This document shows, piece after piece, positions 1-13,869 of a stretch of DNA of 64,000 bases; position 1 is the first letter of the stretch; each line of letters begins with the position of its first letter. The stretch is taken from NCBI GenBank assembly GCA_028023455.1, contig JAQFVV010000005.1, positions 868,001 to 932,000 on the forward strand, read 5' to 3'. The translations under genes were made by a program, and so were the position numbers. Source of the stretch: Epiperipatus broadwayi (lineage: Eukaryota; Animalia; Onychophora). The notes below the pieces were generated by a model. The model saw only the letters and a program-made list of their open reading frames with translations. It was not told where the DNA came from and did no database searches.

Positions 1-172
1 TTTGCATTTTATTATTAGTTGATTACATTGATTTTAATTAATATCAACGAGCCTAAATAAATTTTAAGATCACATATCAATTCCATTTTCTGCAAATTGA
101 ATTTCATTTATTAATTACTGATTATAATTTACAGTTGTAATTATAAATTTATTAAACGCACATTGATTACGT

Positions 173-290
173 AAGTAATATTTACTGAGGCTATAACCTC
201 GATAATATGCGTATAAAACACCTGTAGAGATCCCTACTATCACATTTTATACGCATATTATCGAGGTTATAGCCTCAGTAAATATTACTT
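173..290. repeat. Perfect 46-bp inverted repeat with 26-nt spacer
   Basis: 173-218 aagtaatatttactgaggctataacctcgataatatgcgtataaaa is the exact reverse complement of 245-290. Confidence 0.95.
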
Positions 291-2199
291 GATTAATAAT
301 TTACATGGAAATTTGAAGCTAATTTTAAAAAATCCTATTAATCCTAGTGATTTATACTATTCTAAACTTTTTAAAAAATTACCAAAATAGCATAAAATAA
401 TTCTTGAAGATACTACCATGACATATGTATCTAACGTGAAATTTTTCACTTTGCTGTAATTTTACGGAAGCTTGGAAATTTTACTAAACCTATAAGTTGA
501 GCATGAATTAACATATGCTTTCTTATACTTTTTAAAACAGAAATTCCCATGTATATGGCTGAAAAGTATTTGAACTAATATTATAATCTACAATTCAATT
601 CTATACAAACAAAAAAAAATACTAGTTGGCCTTATTTCTTCACTATATATTTTAAAACTAACCAGAAACTTTTCTAAACAAATTTATGATATTAAACCTA
701 TAAAAATAAAACTCTGGTGAAGATATGTTGCAACAACCATGAAATGTCAACTATTTATTAAAAGATATCATACGATTATGGCACTCTGTATGATCTAGGG
801 TGTTGATAAAATGGTAAATGCAAGAACCAAAGGAACATAGATCACAGGTCAACCCTATCAATTCTGGTGCTCAAGCAGCATATGATCTCCTGAGCAAGAT
901 AGCATTTGATTAATTTAATTGGATAAAATAACATTCAATCTACTCTTAACATTTATATCAAATTAATAATCTCTACATGAAGTAAATCTTAGTTACTATT
1001 TCATAATATGCTTACAGACTTGATTAATGTTTTCTGAAGCTGACTTTATACCCTAAAGATTCAAATGCAGACAAAATAATTAATCAAAATAGCTTTTAGT
1101 CACACACACCAGAATTTTCCATTAAAAAATCATAAACAAAGATCTTTTATAAGAATTCAAAACATGAGTAGACATGGCATAAATATATAAACTAAATAGA
1201 CATATAGAAAAACGTATAAATGAAAATAAATGATCATAGAGATTCAAAAAACATACCTCATTTTTTTAAAGACAATTGATTTTCATAATACAAATATGTA
1301 TATTAATTATATAAGTATGTTACAAGTTTAAATTCTTAAATGACCTTTTTGACTTAGGTCTTATGAAAATTACATTGCATATTAATTATTTAATTGCATA
1401 ATTAATAATAACCTTGTACCTAATTGCTATTAAACACAGAATTGATCAATATTTGCAAAATAATAATAATAATAACAAAGCAAAAAAAAAATTAATGAAT
1501 CAAAAAAAAAAAAAACAAGATAATACAAAGACACTACAAGATGATAATGCAAATGGATAATGGAAAATTTTAATAATAAAATGCAACTAATGTTTTTTAA
1601 TTGTATATGTATAGTCTATTAAAATTGAAATTTTTAAAGAGTTGATAACATTGCTACCTATGGTGCCCTAACTAAAAAAAATGAAAATTTTTTTTTCAAT
1701 TTTACCATTTAAATATAACTGCCATGTTTTAATGGATTCTTTGGTGCTTGAAAAATGCATTGATAAAGTGACACGAAGGCTCTGTGTGGATTAGCATAGA
1801 AAGCTAAAGGGTCTTGGATCAAACCCAACCTATCATTTTCAGTGACTGAATGTCATATGATCTCTTGAGAAAATAATTATTCAATTATTTTTATTAGAAC
1901 TGATAGGAATAAAAATGAAATCTACTGCCTCTCAATATTCCTTTAAACAAACATGCACATTAAGAAAAAGGCCATATTAAATTTAATACAACGATAATTG
2001 CCTTTATGAATTGTTTTTAATAAATATATTTATATACACAATTACAGGCTTAAATTGCAATCACAAAGGTTTTCCATATAAAACATAACTAAAAATATAG
2101 TCGGTATAAATTTCCGGTAATTTTATAGGACATATTTTTATCAACTAAATTTAATTCTTTTAATTTCTATTCTTTAACACCATTCATTTTTAATCATTA

Positions 2200-2870
2200 T
2201 CAAAATAACTATAAGCTAATAGTCTTTTCAAGTTTAATTCAATTTCTCCTCTTCCATCTCTCCAACAGACTTCCTTATCTCAACTCGCTATTTTATGCAG
2301 TTTCTTTCCAGATTTTTTACAATTTCTTGGGATTCAGTTTATTAAAACTCGAGTTGTTAATTTATTCTCTCTTTTCTAACAACATGTCCAGTCCAAATCC
2401 ATTTCAACCTTTTAATTCTCTCAATGAAGTTAGGAATATTTGTTTGTTCCCTCATTATAACTCCCAATATGCATCCATATTTTACGGTGTGGTCTAAAAT
2501 CATTGTATTGTTTTTCTATTATGTGCCAAAGTATCATACCTATAAGTAAATACTAGTAAAACATATCTATAAAAAATCTTCCATTTCAAACACTAGGCAT
2601 TTTTCCTTTTAATATTAAGTTATTTTTATCAAAAGCACTTCATCCAAATTTAAAACTGATTAATTTCATCTATTATGATTCCAGTTATAGTGGTAATTAA
2701 ATAATTGTTAAATTGTTCTAATTCATTACCATCAATCTATATTGTGTATTTTTTTTAAAACTCAAATAACCTTATTAGTATTTATTTTTAGCCCACAATA
2801 CTTTCCTTCATCCACATTATTTGTAAAATTTAAATGACTATACTTTAAACATCTGCTATGTTTAGTTGTA
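2200..2870 (-). pseudogene. Decayed RTE-like LINE 3' ORF2 fragment
   Basis: Sequence similarity by eye to the RTE copy at 47600-48100 (e.g. tttatcaaaagcacttcatccaaatttaaaactgattaatttcatc vs ttctatcaaaagcactccaaacaagtttaattctaagattaatttcatc). No ORF; bounds approximate. Confidence 0.5.
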
Positions 2871-3379
2871 AACAACAAATTCAAACAAAAGTTCAAATTG
2901 AAGTGAAAAAAAAATGCATACTATACATGGACTGTTATTTATATTGATATTATCATGCATGATTTGGTGCAATGTTCACAGTCCCACACAGCTTTGCCAT
3001 TTCTGGTGTTCAAACTTCTTATAAGCTCTCGAACAATAAAGCTGTTCGACTATTTAGTGATTGCTATTTAAATAAATTCTCCAATGGGCGAAGCCATTTT
3101 TTTCTATTGTGGAAAGTTTTTAGAAGCACCTTTATTAAATTACTAATTTTGTAATTAATAATGAAGATAATAATCTATAAATAATAGATATCTCAGATTA
3201 TGATCGACAGATTGCTCAGCCACTTAATGTTACAAGTCATATCTTAGTTTCACCATTAATTGCATTCCAGCACATTTATACATATAAATGTTATAACTAA
3301 AATACAGGCTTATTATATACCTATATCAATATATGTAATATATAGGGCATATAAGCACAGACTTTCACACGACTCATCA

Positions 3380-3610
3380 TTCTCCACTCTGTCTCATAAC
3401 ACTGATACATTTGAACACATACATGTCAAAAAGATAAATAATCACCAATAGACGTATTTCATGCTAAACCAGCAATCATCAGTTGGTCCAGATTATCATC
3501 TCTACACATATATGCAATAAATGCTCAGATAAATATTAAGATAGCCAATCTGCACACTTTAATGGACAAGCTTCAATCCACTCCACACTCCAACCGTCCA
3601 TCCAATTGAA
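3380..3610 (-). mobile_element. Dispersed repeat family 2, copy 1, with hammerhead-like core (3451-3482)
   Basis: Minus strand reads CTGATGA-TTGCTGGTTTAGCAT-GAAA-TAC-GTC. Homologous to 43980-44190. Confidence 0.5.
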
Positions 3611-4157
3611 AATTTGATGATGAAATGCTCAAAGGCCACTTGTTTATTCTTTCATAAGATTTGAAATTTTCCACTGATAAAGCTTAATCAATTATTTTTC
3701 AAATAAAGAAACAATTGCATTAATATAATTACCAAAAAAATCTCTGAAAGTTAATTAACTCTTAATACAAATAGTGCCCACATCTGTATGTATATATTAT
3801 AAGCAAATGATATATTTTTGCACTCTCAAATACAAAAAATATTTGGAAACACAAATTAGTGTACAGTTTGATGTTTATTTATTTCCTCTACTCTTCAAAT
3901 ATTACAATCTTTAAGATCATTTGTCAGTTTTTTTCCTTTCCCTTTCATGTTTCACATTTCTCCCTAACATATCCCCCAATTATTTCTCTACCTCTAAGAT
4001 TAAGCTTAATTTAAAATATCTTTTTTCTTTATCTCTTTCTAATATCTTGGCTCTTCTAATGCCATTTAGAAAAACTAAAAAAAAAATTTCTACAAACTCA
4101 CGTCACAAATCTCCAATTCCTAGCATTTATTTCCCCATCTCTCATTCATTTTGCAAA

Positions 4158-4560
4158 GTCATCATTATCATCATCAACCATTATCAATCCACTGCAGAAT
4201 GAAGGTCTCTTCAAGTTCAATCTATATTCTCCAATCTCTAGCCTCTCTTCACATCATCCCTGTACACTTTGTTATGTGATCTTTTTCTGGGTTTTTACAG
4301 TCTATTGGAATACTGTTCAAGATTTCAATTGTCAATCTTTTATCTTCAAGCAATATGTCCAGCCGATTCCAGTCTTTTTAATTTTTTCAATGATGTCAGT
4401 AACACCTGATTGCCTTACCCATGTATTGCATGTTCGATCTCTTCTTGTCACTCCTAACATGCATCTCTCCATACTTCTTTGAGTGGTCTGAAGTCTATAT
4501 TGCTCTTCTATTAAGTGTCAAAGTCTCAGATCCATAAGAACTGGTTTTATAAAAGCTGGA
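4158..4560 (-). mobile_element. RTE-type LINE 3' end with (TCA)n-type tail
   Basis: tcatcattatcatcatcaaccattatcaatccactgcag... matches the 3' end of the RTE at 47155 onward. Confidence 0.6.
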
Positions 4561-5983
4561 GAAGTTTGTAATATTATTAGTTTTTATTATCCTTTTGTCA
4601 AAATTCAAATATTTATCCAAATAGTTTACAAGAGACATCCTTATAGATCAACAACTGTAGTATTATAATATAAGTAGAAAAAGTTCAAATTATAAAAGTA
4701 AAGCTTACCAGTGGATGAATAAAGGAACAATTATTGCCATGTATAAGAAAGCTAAATATATGTATAAATCAGTTATGTATGCCTAGCTATCACTATTACT
4801 TCATGTTTAATAATTTTGCTTGATGTTTTCTACAGATATTTGAAAGTTATAGACTATTTGTTTAAAAATCGACCTTCTATCTGAAGAATAACAGCTTTTA
4901 ATTCAATCACATAAGCCTGGTTTCACTGTCTTTTCATGTTTATGATTTTTCTCAATGTTAATTATGGATATTTGAAAGCTAAAACTCAATGAATGATCAC
5001 AGTGGCAATCAATGCCCTCTGCTAGAAGGTCAACAACTTACAAATTACTTATTTAATAATCAACAGTTTTATTCAATGTTTGCAAATGTAACAAATATTG
5101 AAAAGAATCTAATTTTTCCTCAAATATTGAATGTTTCTACTTTATGGAAATTATATCTCACTAACAAAATCTTTAACAAGCTTCCATTAAATTTTAATGA
5201 TCTTTAGAATAATCAAATGCAGGTCCTTACCAAAGATCTACTCGTCTCATTTAAACTTTTAATTTTACAAACTGCTCCTAAAGCTCACATTTACTTTTAA
5301 GGAAATTTCACTAACTCAAAGTTAACATTTTGTAAAATTTTATCCACATAACCTGCAAGAACTGTCATGGCAACTGTGTATTTAATATCAATAAATTTTC
5401 CATTATTAAGTTTTCCAAACATCACTTCTTTTAACATTTTTTCTCCAAATACATATTAAAGAAATAGGAGACAAATCATTTCTGAATCACATTCTTCTTC
5501 TATTAAGAATAAAATCTCTTAGCTGTGATGTTGACTTTAATAGCCAGGTTAATCGGTGCTACAATCAAGCTCCTCATTATTCAGAGTATCAACCTGTTAA
5601 AATTAGGGTATAACAATGTACTTTACCTCGAAACAAGAATTGATTAATAATTTAAAAGAACATCAAGATATCTAAAGCCAATATTATCAAGATTTTTGAC
5701 ATAAGATAGAACACAATATCAAACGTAAAAAACTAATTTGCTTGGATGGCAGCAGCATTAAAAAATGATAATTTCAATTGCTGTTTTTCAAAATCCAGAA
5801 AAAGACATAATTAAGAATGACCATCTTAAAACCAAAAATGAGCCAACTAAGTACTTAAAAGTTATTATTAGTAATCATGTGTCCAGCAATTTGTCATAGT
5901 GTAACATGATAGGAACATTTAAGATATCTTTTTTATATAAATGTAAACAATCATTACTTGTATCAAAAGTTGTTAGTATATGT

Positions 5984-6389
5984 TGTAACAAATACTCCCT
6001 TTCAAATTGACCGGTAAACATATATATGCATATTTATAATCGCACGTATACATATGCGCGAATTATTATTTATAAGAACATATAAAATCCACATATGTAT
6101 ATATTTACATTCTAACAAAACCTCCCTTTTGATTCTAATGTCTGACAACAAAATTTAAATAAATTTCCCCAACATGTATTATGGACATCCAGCAGATTCC
6201 AAGCACCAATCTTATATAAAATAAGAATTACGCGAAGGGGATACACTATTGATACGTCACTTGATACAAACCACTTATAGATTAGACAGGTTCGACCCTC
6301 GACTAGCTCAGACTCAGGTCAGGTGGCATTATCGCCGGGAGCAGATGTGAGTTGGGAATTAATCATCCTCGTAAATGGCTACGAGTACA
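5984..6389 (+). mobile_element. Probable solo LTR (Gypsy-type)
   Basis: TGTA...TACA termini; near-TSD tatgt/tatga; terminal hairpin CTCGTA-aatggc-TACGAG; CpG-richer than flanks. No partner LTR seen; strand tentative. Confidence 0.55.
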
Positions 6390-6576
6390 TATGAACAAAG
6401 AAAACAATATAAACACAATATATAATGTATGGGATTTAATGGCTAACAAATGTATCATAAGTTTACTAGCTGCCGTTAGTTGATAATTTTATTATATTGT
6501 AACGGGATATATATATATGCGTTATATTTAAATTTTAGTACTTAATTTTTTTTTTGGAAATATCTAATACTGAATT

Positions 6577-6626
6577 AAAAGCACAAACATTCAAAATGCA
6601 CAAAAGCACAAACATTCAAAATGCAC
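6577..6626. repeat. 25-bp exact tandem duplication
   Basis: aaaagcacaaacattcaaaatgcac x2. Confidence 0.9.
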
Positions 6627-6799
6627 AAATAATGAATTATTAATTTATTAATAAGTTTAATTTAAATATTGAAATAAAATAAGCTTTAAAAAATTATAGA
6701 ATCAAAGCAAAAATTCTAATCTTTAAATAAATATAATAAAAACCTTTTAATTTTAAAAATAATGAAGAGAGTTTTAACAAAAATAAAATTACAAACAGA

Positions 6800-7215
6800 T
6801 CCTTGGGGCAAAATGACCATTAAAAAGATGATTAAGAAATAGATAAGAGTCGAGAAATAGAAACAAAAGGTTTGCTTTTCCTGCCCAAGATAGACAGAGG
6901 AAAATCTACGGAATATGTTTGATGGATCCGTGCATTCCTAGATAAGACGCCTCAGGAGTGAGGAGTATAAAAGGAAAATTCAAAAGAAATAATGAATTAG
7001 AAGATTAGAATTTTGAATTCATTTGTTGTTGCTGATAAGTTAAAAAAGTTATTGTCGCTGTTACCAAAAATGTAATCTGTTTAATCGCGCTTCCCTCAGA
7101 CTGGCCGGAGGCAGCTTTCATCTCCATGGATCCCAGGATCGAACCACTAGTAACGTAACGTCTTCAGAAATCATCGGAAATCATAAATCGTCATCGTACG
7201 CAAGAAATGGTCCTT
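6800..7215 (+). mobile_element. Possible LTR-like segment followed by a tRNA-Tyr-type PBS remnant
   Basis: TATA-like gagtataaaagg near 6963; CpG-rich; TGGTCCTT at 7208-7215 matches the start of a tRNA-Tyr primer-binding site for 8 nt only. Confidence 0.25.
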
Positions 7216-9177
7216 GCATAAACTCAGATCTTTGTCGCGAAAGAACGAGCATAGAGAGAGGAAAGTATAAATTATAAATGATAAAAATGAAATATAAACT
7301 CTTCAATTTAAAATCTCCGAACTTTATTTTTCTTTAAATATGAACTGTAGACTTTCTCTCTTGATCAAATATAAACTTTATTTCTTATAAAACATTGCAA
7401 TTTTAAAAGTCTTATCTAAAGTTTAAACGTAATCTTTTTAAAATATGTGTTATAAGTTTTTTTTTTATTTATGCTTAGTATAAGGTCTGTTTGTAATAGG
7501 GCAGAAGTTTGCGATTGCAAACTAATTTAAAGATAAAATCAAACACACATCATTCATTATTTGTGCATTATTAGATTTTAAAAATAGGTCAAATCTATTA
7601 TTTGATATAAAAATAAGTTGGACATAATGTACCATTTTAAAATAAGTTAAAAACCTTAAACTAAAGATTTTTTTAAAAGAATTAAATTGTTAAATTGACT
7701 TAAATTTAAGTTGAATGTAGATAGCTGCTTAGACTCGTTTAAGTATATGTTAGTTTAAAGGGGATTTGATTTCGGACTATTTGTTTCGTAGTTGTGTCGA
7801 TGCTGGTGGAGGGATATATGGATGTTTATATCAATGCAATGTGGTGTGTTAGCAGTTAGGGCAACATGCCCAACTGAATGCATGACCCCAAAAGGAGTAG
7901 TCATGGCGTTGAAATGGACGTGGAGTACTTCCCACAACATTGACCCCCTTTTTAGCTCTATGGATTGAGAAAATAAGTCGGAGAGATAGACCGCTCTCCC
8001 ATCCATACATAGCATTTCTCGTTTATTATTTTATATGCATGTTTCCTTCGCCAGACAGATGTACATTCCTGTACAGGACGATGGTCATGTTCTTCAGATA
8101 ATATCACGCTGTCAGATGCACATTGCTGTCAGCGTGGTTCTACGCTAACATGTTGACATTGCATTGGTTGCTGATATATATCGGGAAGCGAGGTTGGTGT
8201 GGCTGTGGACTTCTAGCTTGGAGTCAAATTTTTGAAAATCTTTTAAGTGCATTGTCTAGGTGACCTATCTATGCTCAACATTCTAAGATTAAAAATTAAA
8301 GTTAAAAATAATAATAATAATGAAACATAAAGAATAATTTTTTTTATGGTAATTATTTTTCAAGTTTGTGTGTTGTCACCTATATATATACGTGAATAAA
8401 ATCTTTTGTGTTATTAGTACTGGCAGTGATCTAGTTTATTTTTTTTTTAATCTTTATTAAAAATATATTTTAATAAATATGTTTAAAACCTCTGTTACTC
8501 CAGGAGCTAGTGATTAGGGCTGACGGTCGATATAAAATAAAAATTGGATCTTTAACAGCGTGTATCTGCCTACTATATAAATTTTCCAGGTTCAAATAGC
8601 CTGGTGGCATCCTGTAGCGCAGATACTGTAAGACTGAAAATTCAATTAAACCCCGACCGTTATAATATATATGATTAAAGAACAACTTTATTATATGTTT
8701 ACATAAAATCATTTTATTATATATATGATTAAAGAACAAATTTATTAAATGTTTGCATGAAATAAATACTCTGCTATTTCCAGAAACTCGCACACTGTCA
8801 TACCTACAATCTACATTTAAAAAAAGGTTTAACAGTCGAGACTGAAAAAGAATCATCTTCCCCTTCTGTATTTTCTTAAAAATATATAAAGTTCCTTATG
8901 GTTATTTCGCAACTCTTAGTTGGGTGTAAAGCATGATGTCAGCTATAAACAGCCATATGAACTTACACAAATTATTATTTCTTTTCTTTCAGCTATAAAC
9001 GGCCATACGAGTTTATACAAATTATTATTTCTTTTCTTTTATTTATAACGTCTAAAGAATCTGTTGAGTAATTTTTGATTGAAACTAAAATAAAAGTTAA
9101 TGTTACTTGCATTTCCCTGGGAAACTCGTAGAATGAGAACACATTTTTATTTTTGAATATGAGTTCAGGTAATTAAA

Positions 9178-9742
9178 TGACAACATGTTGGTTTCTTCTT
9201 TACTTTAGCAATCTCGTTTTCCTGAACTTTCAATCGTGGTGGTAAATTTCAATCCAATGACACTGGTTCTTTCTAAAACAATCGTAGCAGCATACAATTA
9301 GCCGGACAAGGATTTGAGTCCGACATGCTGGATGTTCACCCCCACATTTCCATTTCTACCTTGATTTTGTGAAAAATTATATTAATTTCACTACGTAACT
9401 TATATTTTTCAACTTACACTTTGCTCTCTGCAGGAACAAGACCACGAGCATTCTGGGTCCTTTTCTTTTATATCCCTCTCCATTCTTTCTAGAAAGTTCA
9501 TTGGTTTTCTATTTCCTGTTCTTGTTTTATGCCCAACTGAATTCTTGTAGAGACATGTGAAAGTTTTTTAACACCTTTCAAATTTCATTCTGGAAATTTC
9601 TGCGCTTCTCACAAAACAAAACAAAAAAAATACAGAAAAAAATATAAGAAAAGTTCAACTCTACCCTCTCTAACTGTCAATCCCATCCATGCACACACTC
9701 AAAACCACATATATATAAATGTTTCGAAACAACCGAGTATGA
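9178..9742 (-). mobile_element. Probable 3' LTR of the minus-strand Gypsy element
   Basis: Begins directly after a polypurine tract (minus AGAAAGGGGGGGG, 9743-9755) that follows the integrase. Starts TCATA (TG possibly mutated) and ends TGTCA. Internal gatataaaag TATA-like motif. Confidence 0.5.
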
Positions 9743-9766
9743 CCCCCCCCTTTCTGAGATATATTT

Positions 9767-12210
9767 TTAACAATTCTTATTACATAATAAAAAAAAGAGA
9801 AAAAAAACTAATTTAAAGATCACAAAATTTTTATGCTTGTTGTGACTGGGTTTGAACCTGTTCCTGTTCTGTGTTGACCTGCTGGTCCCTGAGTTGTCCA
9901 TACCTGCAGAGGGCCAGGCAGGCTTTAACGATCGGGTGTTATATAATCCTTTGATTTCATGCCCGGTGTCCATCCTAAATGCGTTATCCCCTTGATTGCG
10001 ACAGATGGTGTATGGGCCCTCATACAAGTTGCAGAATTTTCGGCACACAAATCTACCCAGGTCACTGGTGTGCGAGGTTTTAACCATGACCCAATCGCCC
10101 ACTTTAAATATTATGTCCGGTTCCTTATCTTTCTTCTTCGTTGGTGGCTCAGTTGCTGTAAGGTATGATATGCCCTGTCCTGGTCAATTTTTTGGTTAAG
10201 CCACGGTTCCTCCATCCCTGGTACAAAGGTCTTAATCTGACGTGGGATGTGTTACCCAAATTGGAGATGAAAAAGGGCGAACCTGGTCGATTCATTTATG
10301 GACCAGTTTATGAAGTTCACTACTTGAGGGGTCCATTTCACTCAGCCCTTATGATTCATGCCTGTATAAGTGCGAAACAGGCACCCTAACTCCCTCATCA
10401 CCAGTTCACAAGGGTTAGATTGAGAGTTCTGAATTGATGTAAAGTTGTGCCTAATCCCCTGATGATGGATCCACTGGTGCCATTCCTTGGATGTGAAGGG
10501 AGTGCTATAGTCAGATAAAATGCTCTTGGGCTTTCTGGTCTCTGTGAAATGCCTGCTTTCTAACATCTTGATGGCATTCTTAGCTTTCGCCTGCATGATG
10601 GGATATGCAGACACGTACTTTGAAAATAAATCATATGTGACAAGGAGATATTTATTTTATTGAACGCTGGCAGAGGACCATAAAAGTCCAAAGCTACCAT
10701 TTCTTTAGGTCGTTTTGGTATTATGGACAACCTAGGAGCCATGTAATTCCTGTTCGCTGGTTTGGTTCTCTGGCAGCTCTCGCATTCTCTCAACGTGTCC
10801 ATGACGGATGCATGTATGCTAGGTCAGTGAAACCATTTCCAAATCAAATGCTCCATTTTCAGAGCACCATAGTAGCCATATAACTGGTGCACATAGGTTG
10901 CCACATCCTTCCATAGCCTACGAGGTATAACAGGTTTCCATTCATCTTAGTCATCATGTTTCCTGTACTGCAAAATATTTTGATACAGCCGGTATCTTGT
11001 CGGCTTTCCGGTCTCCTTCACATCCTCTCCGTTTTCTTTCTCTCCCAGAATCACCTCTTTCAATCGATCGCTCATATTGATGCTGCCAATCCCCCAAACA
11101 AGCAAAGACCTCTTCTACCTTTTTATTAACACCTATACCCACACTGGCAATATACAAGTTCTCTGCACTGAGGTGAACAGGCTGATACCACAACGGATTT
11201 TGGCTCAGAATATCAGCCACGATGTTCTCCGGTCCCCGGCAATATTGAACAGTATCGTATTCCTGCTCAAGCTCCAACGTATCAACCAGCTGTTGGTAAG
11301 ATAACTGCGATTTATAAACTCCAGGCTCTTATGATTTGTCATAACGATCACTTCTGACCCTAACAAAAATGGGTGGAACTTCTGGAACGCCCAGACAATT
11401 GCCAGGGCCTCCTTTTCGGTGGAGTAATTCCGTTCAGGACCCTTTAATAATCTGCTGATAAAATACAGCACTCCCATTTGCTTTTCTTCCTGTATTTGTG
11501 ATAGTGTAGCCCCCAAGCCACATCCATTGCTGTCCGTTTGTACCACAAATGGTTTAGTAAAATTCGAAAATGACAGCATAACTTGTCTAGTGAACCCCTC
11601 TTTTATATCTTCGAGGGCCTTTTCCTGTTCCTGGTCCCATCTCCATGGGATATCCTTTCTTAACCTAACTAGAGGTTCCATGCGTTCGGCTAGCCTTTCA
11701 TGGAATCTGTTGTAAAAATTACAAAGATCTAAGAATGACCGGATCTGCTTCCGAGATTTCGATGTGGGGAACTCCCTGATGGCTAGGTACTTTGTCCGGA
11801 TGAGGTTTCACCCCTTCAGCCCCCACCAGGTGATCCAAGAATGTTACTTCATTTAGCATTATGGTACTTTTGTTTAAATTGATTTTGATACCCTTCTTCT
11901 AACATTCATGGAGAAATATCTCAACATCTTTTTGATGTTCCTCGATACTAGATGAGGCTATTAACATGTCATCAATATACATGGTTACCCGTTTCTTTAC
12001 TTCATCTACCAGCACTTGATCGAGGCACCTTAACAATCCTGCCCCAATATTTATGAGCCCAAACGGCATTCTGTTAAACTGGTACGAATATCCTTCATAC
12101 CGAAATGCCGTGTATTGACGGTCCTCAGGATGGAGCTGGATTTGCCAATAACTGGCAGTCAGATCAAACGTTGAGAATATCCGTTTACCCTGACAGCTTG
12201 AAAATTTCAT
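9767..12210 (-). pseudogene. Ty3/Gypsy pol remnant (RT-RNaseH-integrase), frameshifted and 5'-truncated
   Basis: RT DLTASYWQI, MPFGL, YIDD (11899-12210); RNase H VVQTDS, EKEALAIVW, TNHKSL (11205-11681); integrase CESCQ, DFYGPLP, ILSDYSTPFTS, GPY (9767-10802). Domain order RT-RH-INT is Gypsy. Confidence 0.95.
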
Positions 12211-13399
12211 ATTAAATCCAAGATTATTACCTATATTGGAAATACTGTTTAGCTTAGCACAATAATTGAGTTGTAGACTCTAATTAATTCTCAAATTGAA
12301 TAATGTAAAAAAAAGCCCATTGTTATCACAAAAATGCTTAAATGTCATGTGACTTTCTGAGCAATCAACCATACTATTACTATTGAGCACCTGAACTTGA
12401 GAGATGATTAAGAACACTATAATTAATGTAATCTAAAAAGAAAGTCAGCAATTTTTATTTATGCAAAAAATAAATTTTTATTAGTCAGGATAAACTACAG
12501 TTAATGTTGAGGAAGATTTGTATAACTTTTCAACAGATTATTTTACATTTGAAAATCATAGGGTGTTTTAAATTTCAGGCTAAAGTTAATTAAAGGCATT
12601 TGTTAGATGCATATCTATATTATTTTCACCTTCCAATACCAAGTCTTACTGATAAAGACAAACACCAGAAACTGATCCAACGATGGCAATTTAAATACAT
12701 ATGATAATCATTGATTAATCAAGATTATTATAGACTGCGCTAGAGTAAAGCTGCTCTTACAATGGGTGAGAAAGGTAGTATGGTCTGCAGATTTGGATAA
12801 AGACTGTGTCAGTATATTTATACAAAGTGTGGGATGATTGTGTTAGGATGATTGTTGAGTGTTATAGTGGCAAAGACTGGAATAGAGAAATAAATGCATT
12901 AATAAAAATAGGGAGCTGGAGAGATAGAGAACTAATATGGAGAGTAAACAGAGTTTAAATATATATAGAAGTAAACAGAATATTGGATGTGAGTTAATTT
13001 ATGATAATAGCAACAAGGGAATAGACATATAAATGAAAAAATGTGCATGGAAAATATTAGACATTTGCTAATGGAATGTAAATACTTACAAGCAGAAAGG
13101 GTACAAATAGTGAAGTTGTGGGAGAATAAATGTAGACCAAGTGGTTATACAGAAACAGGGTTTTCTGATCATGCTGGGCTCGGAAAAAGATAAGGGGATA
13201 TAGATGCCAAGGAGTAGCCAAAGATGTGGGAATGGGATAGAGAAGAATATGGGAAAACTTATAGAGTGGGGAGTAGAAAGGGGAGATAGGTTGGCTAAAA
13301 GGTTTTTCTGGAGCATATTGGCTGAAAGATTCCTGACTTTGATAAAGGAATAGACATACTCCATCTCATCGCAATATCCAAATAATAAAAAGTGCAGTG

Positions 13400-13680
13400 G
13401 CATTGCAATGCTGACTCAATTAAATAAAAATCCTTCACTGAAGTATACCATATAAGAGAAATTTATCTTAGGCTTTAAATTCATCCACAAATGGCAATTA
13501 TTAATGATAGATTCAAACTTTAGAGTTTTGGATTTCAGGCTGTTGTTAAAACCGTTTGCTAGACATACAACCACATATACTTTCAGTTTGGAATCCCAAG
13601 CTTTGCTGATAAAGGCAAAAACCAGAAAGATATCTGGTGGAGATTTAAATGCATTAACATCTGGCAATCATTGATAGTAC
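13400..13680 (+). pseudogene. RTE-type APE endonuclease remnant
   Basis: GDLNA motif (ggagatttaaatgca) preceded by AIINDRF-like text; many stops. Confidence 0.4.
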
Positions 13681-13869
13681 TAGAGTAAAGAGTTGCATTT
13701 GTTTGAGTTATTTATTAATCACAAGCAATCATTTGTAAACAAGTGTGGCCATTCCAACTCCAAGAAAGGAAACAAAAAAAAAAAATTTCTAGAAATGAGT
13801 TTTATACCGACTATACAAATCAATCTGAAAAGCAAAAATACATTCACATGTAAACATGCCCATTTTTCT

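Noticed and set aside
7755-8856. ORFs 7755-8015 and 8470-8856 as an env-like or accessory gene of the Gypsy element
   Set aside because: Short, with no recognisable motifs, and located beyond the inferred 3' LTR.
12625-12700. Apparent minus-strand exon with a gtgaaa donor
   Set aside because: The sequence resembles the RTE endonuclease remnant at 13600-13650 on the plus strand, so it is more likely TE debris.
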